A DNA stretch of 64,000 nucleotides, taken from positions 1,054,001 through 1,118,000 of the forward strand of contig JAQGDQ010000021.1 of the NCBI GenBank assembly GCA_030141605.1, read 5' to 3'. A model generated the notes under the pieces. It made no database searches. It was given only the letters and a program-made list of their open reading frames with translations, and was not told where the DNA came from. This document shows positions 13,259-36,169 of the stretch, one piece after another (the stretch's first letter is position 1; every line of letters begins with the position of its first letter). This stretch comes from Tubiluchus corallicola (Eukaryota > Animalia > Priapulida). A program made the position numbers and the translations under genes.

Positions 13259-16200
13259 CTGGAAGAAACAAATGCTGACAATTTTACGGGAGGTAATTGG
13301 TATGGGCATATGAAAAATTCTCACATGGTGACACCTGCTTGCGGACAAATTAAAAAAGTTAAGCAATTAACAGCAGTAGACTTTATATAACATAACATAT
13401 TCAAAACATATCATAGTTTACACTACTTTATAGCCTGACATGAGTATTCACCAATTTATGAGCCTTTGAAGCAAAAATAACAACACACGGAAAATGATGG
13501 TACAACGAAATGAAATTTTGAAACCTATTCTGACGTATGATCCTAAAATGATGCTGCAAAAATATGGTTTACATGGTATAAATTGCATACTCCTGCTACG
13601 AAAAATTAAAAAAAACCAGATTTTCTTGTGGTGTGATATTCGTAAGATTTGATGATCTTTTTCTTGATTATTCAATAATCAAGACGATTACAGGAAAAAT
13701 TGCCAATGATTTTCTTGAAGAATGTACAACATTGATGCAGAAAAATGTTTGTGTAAAGGGCTTTTTGGTATGGGCATATGAAAAATTCTCACAAAGTGGC
13801 GGACAAAGCCGGGTGACACAAGTAAAATGTGAAACTCACAGTATTTGGATTTAAGCTACTATTATTAATTCTTTATTTAATGTGGGTAGCACTTTAGCCA
13901 ACAATTATAGACTATTAGTTATTTCCAAAGTAGTCCACAAGTGCTAAGATAAGATGATATTTATTTTAAGATAAGATAAGATAATATTAATTTTCATCGG
14001 TATGATATAAACAGTACATATTTGTAAAACATGAGCTTAAAGTTCGTAAACCGATATCAAACATAATGTATATGAGTGATAACATGGTAATAATATATAC
14101 TTCTTAAAATCTTTTGGATGCCACCAGAGGTATTGGTACAAGAAAAATTTATAACTACATAAGACAGTAAAAATTTTAGGCAGTAACATTTTTTAAAATT
14201 TACACAAAAAGCTATCTAGGTCAATAAAAAATTTTCCTGCCAACATTACAGCATTTAATTACGACTTAACGAAATTGGGAAGTTCGCTGAATTTACAAAT
14301 GGCACATTTACATGATACACCAGTCCATGAGTTAATCAGACGTTTAAATTCCCCAAGATTTTCAGCCATTCGGAGACAGTTTGGTAATTCATTCCACAAT
14401 GTGGCTCCATAATAGGAGAAACTTTAGACATGTGCTATTTTAGACATATACTGATTACTTTTAAACTAACTTGTACAACCTTTAGACAGATTGATTCTTC
14501 TCTCCTAGTTGTTTTGCTTACAAATGCAGATCTCAAGCATCACTTTTGTGACGTTTTATGGATAATTTTCAAAGCTAAACTAGGTTTACCACAAGATTAA
14601 AATTAATTTACCTAAGACGGGTGGGTGTAAACTTTGCCTCAAAGTACTGTAATGACATTAATAGGATTTATCGTGGTAATGTATCATGGTAATGTTAAGG
14701 AATTCGTAAGTGAAACAATGCACAAAGAAGTTTGCATGCAAGACAGAGGCCTCAAAAATGAAATTAAATATAACGAATAATGAAAAAAAGAAGGACTATA
14801 AATGTGGCCTACACCATGTGTAACCATAACAAGTGATTAGCACTGAACACCAGCAGCAGCAGCGTGTACAGTGGCATTAGTGCACGAGGTCTCAAAAAAA
14901 AAAACAAGTTGCCGCATTCAAGTCATTTATAATATGTATCCGTCAAAACTGATGAAATATACTACATACCTGATTATATCCGGAAGGACCAACAGGGACA
15001 ATGAGTCTTCCTCCGGGTTTAAGCTGATCAATCAACTGCAAAAGATTAAAATGTAAATATTATATTTCAAGTACATTAATTGGATAAAGCAAAATATATA
15101 CACAAGTTTATACTTTGGCAATTAACGTCTAGAATTTGTTAGGATAAGTAACTGAGATGATGCTCACGACTTTTTTATCTTTTTTTCATTAACTACACAT
15201 TAACTACATAAAGTGAGATTGATACAGAAATCTTTTAAGAAACAATCCCTTGCTTATGTCGAAATTCAAACCACATTTTAATACATGGAATTTCAGCAGC
15301 TTAACGAACTTCATTTTTTGCACACATGAATATGTTTTCCTATTAGCAGTTTTGCATTTTTCATGAATAATACGTACTGCTTGCGGTGTACCGTCTGCCG
15401 CTGCACCAACATGGATAGCATCATAAGGTGCGTCAGGTAAGTGTCCCTGTCTGCCATCACCAACTAAACAAAATGTAAGCAACAGAATTCAACAAAGTGT
15501 GATAAAAATGTGCAGCGGGGTAGCTAGAGCTCGTGGCGCCACTCGAGTTTGATGCCCCGCAGATGAAAAATGCAACATCCTCACGTAGGAAGATTCAGAT
15601 TTATAAAATTTAGTCATGTTGCACTGCAGTTGTAATACAATGTGGAGATAAATTGATAAAATAATAAAGCACTGCTGAAAAATTGGTTTGTGAAGAAGTA
15701 ATTCTCGGTGCAAAGGCTACGATGCCCTGAGGCTTCATTAAATATTAAGGCAGGAAAGAACGTGATACACTGCACAGAATCAAAAACTATGTAAACATTA
15801 TAATATCAAATTACTAATTATCATCTTCCTTTGTTGGAAACTTTCAGAAGGCACTGTGATCAACGTCAAAATTTAATTGTGTCAGATGTTTTGGCTATTG
15901 ACTTTTCTGACGGAATTAGCTTTTGCAGTGCACTTCATCAAAATGCAAGCCTCTGATGGGCAGCCTTCGGCAGACTACCTCCTCCTCTCCCAGAAAATAG
16001 GTTGTACTTCAAATGAATCACATGTAAAACTTTAACAATTATTACAACTATACAACTAAACATATACTACTATACATCAATGTAGGTTTTACAATGCACA
16101 AGACGAATTTTTCATAATGTGAATCTCTAAAAAATATATAGCGAATAAAAGCTAGTCCACCCAGAAAGTGCACTGAATAATAAATCATTTCTACAATACA

Positions 16201-19200
16201 TGTGTGCATTGAAAACAAACAAATTGTAATAAATTACAATAAATTTCAAGTGTTCAATCAAAATTTTAAAATCAAAGGAGATTTTCCTGGAGAAATTTGT
16301 TTGGTAGGTAAATTAAGTATTAGCTGCAAATGGTGGACGAATTTCATCACTGGAGAACAGTTCTAATACTTGAACACATAAAAATTACCTCAGTACATGC
16401 ATCATATTTAATATTCCAAAAGACAAGTGTCGTTGTCTGTAATGGAATAACATTTCCCTTAGTACAATTGTACTGGATAGACATGAAAAAGATTTCTACA
16501 CAATAACATGCATCCTAGAAGTGGCGCCTTTCAATAACAGCACTTACCGACGAGTTTTAATCTTTTCGAGTCTAACAAATCACTGTCAGCTTTTTTGGCA
16601 TTTTCGATAGATTCTTTAACCAAATGATCAATATGATCAATGCCCACAGCTTTGCCCGTCTCACCAAGCTATAATGAACCACAGTACTTTTGTAGAATCA
16701 TAGTACATCTATGCACAAACAGTTTAAATACATGAGAAGATTCAATTCTATTTTCACAATAAAACAAACTGCTCAAGAGGTGATATACTTTTTCATTAAA
16801 TTTTTTTTAATAAAATATAGTCTATTTCACCTCTTAAACATCTATTTTGTTGTGATTAATATTTAGAGGTGCTACTGTATCATCTCTATAATGTCCAATT
16901 CTAATTTTCTGTTGCAAATTAGTGGTAAATAAGAACGATATTCATTAATTACCATAGTAATCGTTTGTAATTAGCAATGAAATGTGAACACCCAATAAAA
17001 TTCTTGAAAATTAGCTAGCCTTGTCATACAACAGCAAGCATTAAAAACAGTATTATGTTACAGAATTCACTTAAAGGCAGCGCATTTTCATATTTGTTTG
17101 TCAACCTCCTAACTAATGAGTTAATGGTCAATAATGAATTACTGAACTAAGCAATCCGATGCTAACTTTCGTAGAATTTAGAATTCGCCTCTTTTAACTG
17201 ATATACAGAAGGTTACAATCGCATAATATACAACAGACTGATCAGACTGAGTTGAAAGACCAGATGGTCACATATCAAACACCTCTATATTACAACACTG
17301 TTGCTTTCTTTTTATACACTGAAGAGACTAATGGTGTTACCACGAGAGACAATAACTTAAATTATATCAGTGCGATAAAACCACGTCAGTTATTCAAGTA
17401 AGTATATAAGTCAAGTATTATTACAGATTTAGTCAATAACAACGGTCACTATACTGCTTGTCATTGTAGTAACAATAATGCACCTGTTTTAATTCAGTAC
17501 CAGTTTTTACCTTCTCTTAAAACAATGTTGGTAAATGAAAAAAATCAGATTACAATGTTGCCTACCATGTAAGCCATGCAGACAGTTAAATAGCCGCTTC
17601 CCGAACCTACATCGAGTGCTGACATTCCTTCCCGTAAATGACCTTCCAGTAACTCAAGAGCGTGAGCGTGCTAAAAATGAATTACTGTCTCGAATGAAAA
17701 TCAATAAATGCCATCTAATAATCTTTCCAAGACGCTGATTCAAAAACAACTGTATTCAATTCAATTCAATTTTATCTTCTCAATATCAGTTAAAATTTGA
17801 CATAATTATTTTTACATTTCATTGCAACTGAGAAGGAGCAGCGAAAGACCTATTGGTCACTTGATCAGCTGCCCCTTATTAAAAATACAAGTTTACTTAC
17901 AAATGCATAACATTTTTTATGTATTTTTTATACAAAAAACATTATAGTATTAAAATGTAATGAGTAATAAAAAAAACTTTTACATTATGACTGCAAATAT
18001 AAAAGAAACGTCAACTTTCAGAAGGTAAAAAAATTCTGCTGTGAGTGATGTGTGGGATGGGCCTGCTCCAGAGAACTGATAAAGTAGATGCTTAAATGGT
18101 GGCATGTAGCTACGGAACAAAAATACTGCATTCATGTCTTGTGGGGACAAACAAGTCTTGATTTCTGCATTTTTGCTGTCAAAAAAGCTAAGTTTTCTTG
18201 GACGGAAAGGGTTTGTTCGCAAGTAAATCTTTATAACCAACACACGAAAAACAAATGCAATACTGTGATAAGGATGTGGCAGCAGTGTAGATACATTATC
18301 ATGTGTACAAGTGTAGTAAACATCACAGCTTGCATTAGGGTAACAAAGTCTTGGTAAATAGCAATATACCTATTGCTGGTACTATGCAAAAATATCTAGT
18401 CATCGTTAAAAAATTGAAAAACAGAATAGTGCTAATTCATTAAAATGTTACATACAATAAACACACTTGACTTTGTTCAATAATGGCATAAGCATGGTGA
18501 TATAGATGCAATAAATAGGGCGGCATGGAAAAATTGCAAAGCCAAAGCCAAATGCACCACCTGTTGGCAGAAAGTCAGCATTTGCCACAAAATGTATTTT
18601 ATGTACAGTAAACTCACCAAGCTCAGAAAACCAAGAATTTACTTTTTGTAAATGCTGTATAACAATTCCTATCTTAAAAGGAAACAAAGGTACACTCGTA
18701 TCCATGGTCATTAGTCTAAATGGAAACACTGTGTCTAAAACAGAAGTTAAATGTTGCTTCTTGTAAACCTGCTTCCCGGAGGTAACCTGATCTACCATAG
18801 CGCCTATTTACCTCAGTTACAATGCAAACAGTGTATATATTTGTAATCTTCAAACCTTGGAAGCTATGAGACTAGTATCCCATCCAAGAGCATTATCCTT
18901 GATAATGAGCAACGATTCAATCTCACCATAACCATTTACAAGTAGGCCGTTTCATCGAGTGTAAATATTAGTTTATAGACTGTCAAACAGTGTAAAAAGG
19001 AATTCCAAAAGACATCGATTTTAGGGTTAATATCACGCGCTTCATCGCATTATAAATTGATGAGTATAACTGGATTTTACGTTTCTAAAACTGCAATATT
19101 AGTTGATATGACATGGAACGCGAGCTAGAGTTCATAGAAATTAAATGTCAGTTTTTAAAGCTTAACAAAATTTCAAGATTATATACAGGCAAACTCAGTA

Positions 19201-20155
19201 AAAGACTCAGCTTAAAATTTACCATATGAGGAGCACTGATAGTAACTCCGTATCCAATACTCTGTGGGGAATCCATGAAGGAGTTTCTCTTACAGTAATT
19301 TGCTCTATTCACCTTTAACATTGCTTGGTAAACCCTGTCGTGCTTGATAATTCCATTACCTAAAAATATATTTTACTATACAGATGTCGAAATATTGTAA
19401 GAATAAGAAGTGTATGTTTTGAAATCTCTAGATCAGTACGTTATATCCTGGGGGCTCTAGACTCTAACATATTATCAGTAAAGTGGATAAGGTAAAAAAA
19501 TATTAAGAGAAACTGGATCCAATCTTAAATTATAGCTCAAAACAATTTACTCCATAAAATTTTGAAAAAGAACATGTCTCAAGAATGATTTACTTGAAAC
19601 GTACTCTCGTGTTCGCGCAGCTAGTTCTTCCCTGTTACATACATTTTGCCATTAGCGAGTTAAATAGGCACTAGCGCCCACATCTCGGAAACACATTACA
19701 CCGAAACTGGCGTGGTACCTTTCAGGCTAGATGTGTTCAGTTGTGACATAGTGCACTTGAAATTTGCATTTTTAATTTAAAATTTGGAGAGTTTTGTTTT
19801 TATGTATCATAATGAATGTCATACAGCTGCACTGCACTCCAATTTTCGTTCTAGTGAACACCTGTAACATGCTCATGTAGTAATTGTGCTCGCCCAATTA
19901 GTAAACACAACTTATTAACATATTATTTAATTAACACTTTGGCATTATTATAGGTGTTAAAACCTATACCTTTTCCGTACTTTAGGAAAGGTATGATATG
20001 AAAAATCTTCCTGCTTTCCTTTTTAACGCTACTAGCTTTTTTACATTGCCTATCAAAATCTCTTTCAAGAATTGCAACATATCAAAAAACTGAAACTTAC
20101 TTCTCAATGCATTAACCATTCCCTGGTTACTTGAGCCATGTGATCTCCAAGCCAT
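13148..20155 (-). CDS. PCMT1: Protein-L-isoaspartate(D-aspartate) O-methyltransferase, whole gene span (7 coding exons, 226 aa)
   Basis: join(20155-20101,19359-19223,17670-17566,16668-16548,15463-15378,15035-14970,13258-13148) = 681 nt, all introns GT-AG, frame open. Motifs [59 protein letters not shown]. Confidence 0.96.
13348..13765 (+). repeat. ~420-bp duplicated segment, copy B (PCMT1 intron 6)
   Basis: near-identical to 11553-11971; flanked by a 29-bp direct repeat. Confidence 0.95.
13960..14423 (-). mobile_element. 5'-truncated CR1/L2-group LINE (ORF2 C-terminus + 3' UTR)
   Basis: [44 protein letters not shown]; (TCTTA)n-like tail near 13960-13985. Confidence 0.8.
14970..15035 (-). 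CDS. PCMT1: PCMT1 exon 6 ([22 protein letters not shown])
   Basis: motif III LKPGGRL; 66 nt; ttttgcag acceptor, gtatgt donor. Confidence 0.95.
15378..15463 (-). CDS. PCMT1: PCMT1 exon 5 ([28 protein letters not shown])
   Basis: motif [11 protein letters not shown]; 86 nt. Confidence 0.95.
16548..16668 (-). CDS. PCMT1: PCMT1 exon 4 ([23 protein letters not shown]...RLKLV)
   Basis: post-I motif VGIDH; 121 nt; gtaagt donor. Confidence 0.95.
17566..17670 (-). CDS. PCMT1: PCMT1 exon 3 (HAHALELL...[17 protein letters not shown])
   Basis: SAM-binding motif I; 105 nt, phase 0-0. Confidence 0.95.
17755..19030 (-). mobile_element. Degenerate LINE remnant in PCMT1 intron 2
   Basis: broken RT-like peptides (AIGIL, TLLPH, QFSGAGP) and (ATTGA)n tail at ~17755-17770. 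Confidence 0.4.
19223..19359 (-). CDS. PCMT1: PCMT1 exon 2 ([13 protein letters not shown]...[17 protein letters not shown])
   Basis: tttttag acceptor, gtaaat donor, 137 nt, conserved TISAPHM. Confidence 0.95.
19503..20026 (-). mobile_element. TTAA-flanked non-autonomous DNA transposon (Kolobok-like), family A, PCMT1 intron 1
   Basis: TTAA at both ends, AGGAAAGCAGG/GAGAAACTGG termini, homologous to 28438-29036 and 47431-48113. Confidence 0.75.
20101..20155 (-). CDS. PCMT1: PCMT1 exon 1 ([18 protein letters not shown])
   Basis: ATG at 20155, 55 nt, donor gtaagt; typical PIMT N-terminus. Confidence 0.93.
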
Positions 20156-22277
20156 TGAGCAAAATTTTTCTATATATGTCATTAAACAAATAAATATCAC
20201 CAAGGTGATTTTCCAGCTTTTTAGCTTGTCCTGTAAAAACAATTTTCACGTGATTCATTTCTACAACATGTTTACAATAGATCTATACGAGTCCATTAGA
20301 TAAAAAGGCATAAAAAATAAATCATTACTGTTTTTTGCTGTAACTGGATGCCAGAAAAGGGTTATAAGTATACTAGGAAATCACTTTATATACCATTTAG
20401 TTATCCAAATAGCTATACTAAATAGTAAAATTATGAATAGTAAGTACGGTAGCCCAGAGTATAGCTGCTGCCAAATATTTGTTAGAAGAAATAAAATAAA
20501 CATGTGCAAATTGTGCATTATTTAGGGATTTACGGATGTCACTGTCAGAGGGGCACTTTACCATTAAAAAAGTCCTTCCAAGGGTGACAAAGTAATGCAT
20601 AAACATAATTACGAATTTATCGGCTACTTTTCCAGCTTAAAGGCAACTTGTGACAATTTTATAAATGATTTTAAAAAACGTATTGCATCACCCCACAGGC
20701 CGAATAATGCTGCTTTTGAATGATACGGGAACCACAGGATTTTTTGCAAGGATCCAAAAACATAGTTATGCTGATGTGATTATGACGATGACGATAATAA
20801 TGACAAGTAAACCATAATTACGAATGATAATGATACCTGCTACAATCTGACTAAGCTGCTATAACTACTATAAATCCTTTGTGGACGTCTGTAAGTGCTC
20901 ACTACTAGCCGGTCCAGCATTTCCAAATATTAGTTTACACTAGCAATATTTACACTAAGCTCATATGCCTGAATTATTTACTAACTAGATTGATTAATTG
21001 TTTCTGCACATTACAGTTGGAAGTAGAGCATTAAATGGAAAGGGCTTTGGAACCGAAACCTGTCTTACTATCCTAGGAAGTTACAAGTAAGTGACAAGGA
21101 AATGGTGGAAGTCTCTTGGCCATGTTCAGATGTTTACACACCTTTTCTCAACAAAAAATAGTTGGCGGCAACATAGCCAATGAAGCAGTTGTCCTGGCAG
21201 TCACCTTCCCTTTAATACTTGATCCTGCTGTTTACAATGAACCAAACACACACTAATGATACTAAACCAATCAGCTATTCTTTTCTCCCTTTATACTACA
21301 AGTTGAATGAAAAACAACACAAACTTCACTTCCAAAAGCATAAATAAACTCTATTCATTTTTCCACTCCACAAAAAAGTTCTAAACATGGCTGTTCACAA
21401 TTGACTATGTGCTGTTATTTCAGTCTTGCTCTTAACCTTATTTACCCACAAAGCGCAGTAATTTACAGCAAGTTATACTGCATAAATCAGAAAAATCACA
21501 GGAGCAGGCACCTGATGTGAAGCATAAATACACGCACATATGTGTACTGTGATCACTGATCAGTGTGGTAACCACATTTCGTACCCATTATAAGCATATT
21601 GTTATGCCATTTGTGTGATCGTTCATTTTTACTTACTCCAAAAAGCTCACCTGAATAACACTTATGAAATGATTAAAAACAGTTCTTAAGAATCTTTTAG
21701 TTACGAAAGTTTTGTGAATCCGACCGTAAATTATTAATTTTGTAAACTCGCTCCCTGTACAATCCATGGGGTACAACTGTTTCATCGTTTTCGCTTAAAT
21801 ATAATATTCATAATTTTTAGGTGTTAAGTAGTTTAGAGGGAATAGTACGTATACCAAACTGAATAATTTAGATTTCCTTTGGAAATGATATGACGTGAAT
21901 TTGATGTGCGTTTATAACGATGTTCTTTACTGTAACAGTGAAGTACAGTATCGATTACCACGTTGTTCAGAGACTAGTTTCTAGGCCTGCAACAAAGCTA
22001 GCACACAGTGCTGCATAGCTTAACGTCTACATAATAAAGCACTTTTAATTTCCCATGCAATTGCAAACAGTTCTGAAACAACCAGTTTCAATCGTACACT
22101 AATTTTAGCCACCAAATACAGTCATCCAAATAACACACTTTCACTTTCCTACATACAGAACACGACAACTTAACCGCAAACATGCAGCTGCGCACATTAG
22201 CGCGCATATGCGTATTAGAAAAATCGATCGAGTACCAGCGCATGGATTGTACAGAATATCATGACCGTTTCCTCGAC

Positions 22278-22302
22278 ACTCTGGAAAGTTCTGGAACGTC
22301 CA
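22278..22302. promoter_or_regulatory. Candidate heat-shock element (nGAAn inverted pentamers)
   Basis: gGAAa-gTTCt-gGAAc with flanking near-matches aCTCt and gTCCa; ~2.1 kb 5' of the PCMT1 ATG. Confidence 0.5.
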
Positions 22303-25300
22303 TCTATGGGAACGTCGTAATAAAAATGAACCACTGATTCGTTTTCACTACTACGATGTAATCGATTTTTGCAAGTTTGTCACTTTAACTGGTTTGACCC
22401 ACCTGACCATGAACCATACAGTGTTGCCGTTTATAAGATAACAAGCCTTTTCACCCTTTCGTTGTGCGCACGCACAGTAGCTGTAGGTCAGAGGTTAAGT
22501 GTAGCAAAGCAGTGTGTCTTAGCTACAACCGTCATGTGACATGCGTGTAAAGCAAAGCCGTCAGTAACTTCAGTTGTTTTACCTGGACTTTACTTAATTA
22601 TGCATTAGTCTATGCGTAGAGTGATTTATAGCAGCATCTTGCTTGGGAAAAAGAAAAATGAACTAGGTGAGGTTCTAGCTAGCTGTTAAAACTATTACTA
22701 TGAGTACAATGTTAATATGAGTATTTGTTAATGCCCCTTTTTGGTGATATAGTTATAATTATACAATAATTTTGTTTTGGACAATTTAGCGAATAAGGTG
22801 ATAATTTGGTGAAAAATGCGACACTTTTTAGCCCCCAAAACAAATCATTCAAGAGCGTCACAGCGGCATTCCTGGAACCAAGATTTTAATCAACATACTG
22901 AAGCGCCTATGTAGGGTGTATACTGCACACATAATAATACATGACTGAATGCATTTAAACTTAATGAACTTCCTAAAACATAGGATATTTAAAAAAATTA
23001 ATTTCATGGATTTTAAAAATGCATGGAATTTAGTCTGAAGCTGAAAGCATTCAATGAGCAGTCAATGAACAATGCAGAAGTATTGTTTTCTAATTTAATT
23101 TATTTTTACTTAAAAGAATTTTTTACTTTAATTATTCTGTTTCAATCATTTGAAATTTGATATATGTTAAAGTTGGTAATATATGTAACACGAATTCTGA
23201 AATATTAGGGAGTAAAAATAAATTTTTCCACTAGAAGGGGAAGGGTGTCTGTCCATCTGGGGAGAAACTTTTCAAAGACTGAATGAAGTCTCCATGAAGC
23301 ATCTTGCATTGCGCTGGAGTAGAGGGTGATGTACAGTTGTACACACATAAAGAATTAGCCGTTTGATGGGGGTACATGGTTGGTAATACATGCTTTGAAG
23401 TATACATTGGGTCTACATGGATCTAGCCATCATAGGTTCAGCTGATGGTGGGTGCAGAAGGACATGAATGTTTGGCTGTTTGGCGTTAAAAGTCTCCATG
23501 CCAATAAAATTATTATTATTATTCTGAGGAACTCTGCAAGGGCAAAAGTTTCAGCAAGGTGATTAAGGTGTCAGCCGCTGAAACAACGTCATTTTGCAAT
23601 TTTTCACCAGAGAATTTACTGGTCGGTCATTACCATTTAACTGTAACATCGTCAAATATGTAAACCAAGCAAGTCTGCTTGGATGGTGCTGCCATCTGGC
23701 AGAGGGTTACTTAACTATAGGTGAAGAGAAGTTAAAACAGTTGAAACAACATCACAATCACACAAGAATTTACATCTTACAGAGGTACGATTGATGTAAA
23801 TTTATTTTTCGCTACAGTTCCGTTATTACCTTACATTTTCTGGAAATATAAAGTGATTTGCGATATTCGGCATAATATGATGTGAAAAAATATCACCAGT
23901 CAAAGAAGCAATACAAAATAGATATACATGTACCTCTAAATATTGCCACACCGCTAGGTTAAAACCTGGTTTTTACCTTGCATCGACCTAGGCTTTGTGT
24001 GACAACTAGCAGTTTTTACAGATTTCAAATACTACAAATAATTAAAGTTGCGCTTTTCTTTTATCTAACACCACTTACAATAAAACAATGTATATTATAA
24101 CTCATATTTATAAAGCTACTATACGTAATTAAAAAGAATTTTAGGTAGCTTGTATTACGTACGCGTACAATCATGCCGGCTATATAGTTACTAAGCAGAT
24201 TAGTAGCTCTACACTTTAATAGATGTTACTAAATGGTTATGGAAAACTGTTTTAATTCGTATTAAAATTAATGGTCTTTCACACAGTTATATGAATGCAC
24301 CCTGTAAAAGTGGGCCCAAAATGATTTATAAATACCCTCAAAATAACTGTAATTTATCGGCAATTCGACATTATACAACATAACAAAACTGCTGACAAAA
24401 AAAATTGGATCTAACTGCATGTATAACAGCTATTATCCAAAGACACTTTCAGTCGGTATAAACTAAGAGTCAGCTAGATAAATAATATAGGTTACTCACT
24501 TACACGTAGATCTATTCCCTCTCTGAATTCACGTTACGAAAACACAGCAAAAACTTGGTTCTCAATCTCGTCAGTAACCAGAGGCAATGTATATATGTAG
24601 GCTTAATATATGTGAAGTGCATAAAGTTTATAAGAATTTCTCCACTTAATGTCCGAATGGTCACGTTAGAAACGACATGTCACACGGTCACTCACTACAT
24701 GAAATGCCACTTTTAAGTTCAAATGTTAGACTGAGTTCAAGTGTTATGACGATTCCCTCTTTCACTTTTATAATGAGTAAAATTAATATTTTCCTGCTGC
24801 AAGAATTACACAACTCCAAAACAACGTCACTCTATAACAAAGGCAATATTTCTTTCTAGATTTAAAAGTCGCCTGTACTTGGTAAACAATAAATTCATTT
24901 GATAACCTGAAAGTTTTGCACATGCGCAGAAAGATGTAACACAACCTAAGAACAGCGGGAAATGTTAAATTATCCAATGGGAATTGAGAACCAAGTAAAC
25001 ACCATGTGATATCATCACATGACCGACTGACCACATATACGTCACGCTGGTCACGAGGTGCAAATGTGTAAGTCGTAAACAACAGTAGGTATTATTAATT
25101 AATCTGACTTAAAACCATTTAAGGATTGGCCCAGTAAGATGATTCCAGGAAATTTCCCGTGCGCCCAACAAGTGACCGCCCGTCTTTTAAAAAATAGGGT
25201 AAAGAAAGCTAGAACAAGAATAATATTGGGTAGAATATGAGAAATATTATGCTCCTTTGGTAGGAATTCAGGTAGTAAAGTCAAAAGTAAAAAAAAAACC

Positions 25301-26429
25301 ACGGATGAAGAAGTCACAGGAAAGAAAAGTACTGGAAAAAAGAAAGAACCATACCCTCATGTAATAGTACATCTGTTTAATACATTATAATGTTACAACT
25401 TACTAAGTTTTGCATTGCTGTGATATGGCACTATGAAAGAATAAATGCAACATTCCTGTCTTTGACGTCACCAGTGACACTTTAACAGGTTTCGTAACAT
25501 CCGAGACTACTATACAGCTCTTAAACTAATGGCTTAAAAAGCTACATTATGTGCTAAATGTACCATAATATCTAAAAACGAAATTTTCTGAAATTGCGTC
25601 TGCTTTTTCATTCTCATTGGGTAGATTTTTGCGATTTTCATTTACTCGAAGGATCTTATATATGAAAAACCCTAGCGCAGAAATGATTATTGTTTTTGTT
25701 TGTTGCGTTGGCAATATTTAAAACCCAAGTGTATTTCAAGTCACAAACATCCCCATTTGCGAAATTGCGTTAGTAATACAGTTAGTGAAAGTTAGTTGCA
25801 AGATGTTTAAAATCTTAATTTTCTAGATCATTTGTGAATCCTATGGTAGTATAAACCCACAAATATTGAAATACGGAACCCAAACCAAACTTAATTAGGT
25901 TTGAAAAAATTCGTGTTTGTAAGCTGTGTAGCTTAGTTGGTCTTACTTTGAGAACCAAAGATTCATGCTTCAGTTCCCGGTTCAGTCCCGATGTTTGCAT
26001 ATTTTCTTCTTTTGAGTTTGTATTGGTTCAAAATTTCAGTAATCATCGAAAAGTTACTGTTCGGATCTATTTCGGTCTGAACTTCCAGAAAGTGACTGAT
26101 GCCATGCATGATGGTCAGATATTTTAAATTCTGGATATAAACGTCCAATACCATATATTTATTGAGGGACGGTTTATTGAAATCTCAACGAACATGTCCT
26201 ACGACGTGAAATTAAAAAGCAGTTACCAGTCTTCAGTTAAATCTGACGTAATTTCATCAATAAATACTAGAATAACAAAGCAAAAAATACTGACAATGAT
26301 AAAGTTTGGTTGTCATTGTTATAAATGTAAAATTTACCAGAACAAAAAATTAATGTAGGAAAACCGAACATTTTTACTTCTAATAAAAACAATGAACTGT
26401 TAAATAGAACGACTGTAAATACACAAGAT

Positions 26430-34890
<8,461 letters not shown>

Positions 34891-35099
34891 TGTTTGTAAT
34901 TTTCTGTAATGTTAAATAAGTTAGAACTTGACGATGGGTGGAATCAATTATTAAGCAGTATAAAAGCACGCGGGAGCTTTCTTAAGGCTTCCTGTGCAGA
35001 AATTTCCCCCGGATTTTCCCGCAAGTTTCCTCAAAAATTTATTATCAAAAAGTGGTTGCCATAGAAACTTGCACTCACTTATTCAGTAAAATAGTGACA

Positions 35100-35420
35100 T
35101 AATCGTAGCTATTAGAAGAAGATCAGCAGCTAATTACTTTCACATTTAGCTTACAAGTTGTGACTATTGCGTAGCGTCAAAGTACGGTACTCTTAATGCT
35201 GGTGTGCCTCAGGGCTCAGTGTTGGCGTCACTGTTATTCGAGATCTTTATAAACTTCATTATTAACTATTATATTTGCTTCCCTACGTGGGATATAATGA
35301 ATTACATCCGCAGTTGCCTACACAACGTTTGAACAGAAATAATTTAACCCGCTAAAAACTAAATAGGGCTTGCAAACTGTGTCAACAACAATCACACACT
35401 AAGAACTTAGAATTATTCCG
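35100..35420 (+). mobile_element. LINE reverse transcriptase remnant
   Basis: LNAGVPQGSVLASLLFEIFIN at ~35192-35254, later FNPLKTK. Confidence 0.75.
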
Positions 35421-35515
35421 ATATCACAGCTAGAATTTACATACTAAATACAGCACAGAATAAATGAAGTTGTTTGAAATATGTCATGAATCCCTTGCCT
35501 TGATCAAGCTATGAG

Positions 35516-35756
<241 letters not shown>

Positions 35757-36169
35757 TTTTATTTCACCATCTATAAATCGCCAAATATGAAAATGTAATT
35801 TAGGTTGTCTTGGCATCTGCATGCATACATTTGATCAAATTCGTCTTGCTACTATAACTAATACTAACTGGAAAATTTTAAGATTCGAAAAAAATACCCA
35901 GTTTGGTTAACTGACTCAGATTCTGTATTAAATTAAATGTAATTGTAAAAAATAACGTTCCTCTAAAATAATGTAGCAACCATACCCATTCCGTTTTTAG
36001 ATCCATGATTTTTAGATATAAAAACAAAAATTTGTAGTAAAGTCAAATCTTCAAATCTGACAAGCCTTTATTATTTTTATTTTAAAGACAGACTTCTATA
36101 GTTGTTACAGTCAGGTGTTGTATATCAATACAAGTGTGTTAGCTGAAATGCTAGCTAGATTGGTAAAAC

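Noticed and set aside
11654-13675. Twin 75-aa ORFs MNNQEKDHQ...
   Set aside because: By-product of the 420-bp non-coding duplication; TTG starts, no recognisable domain.
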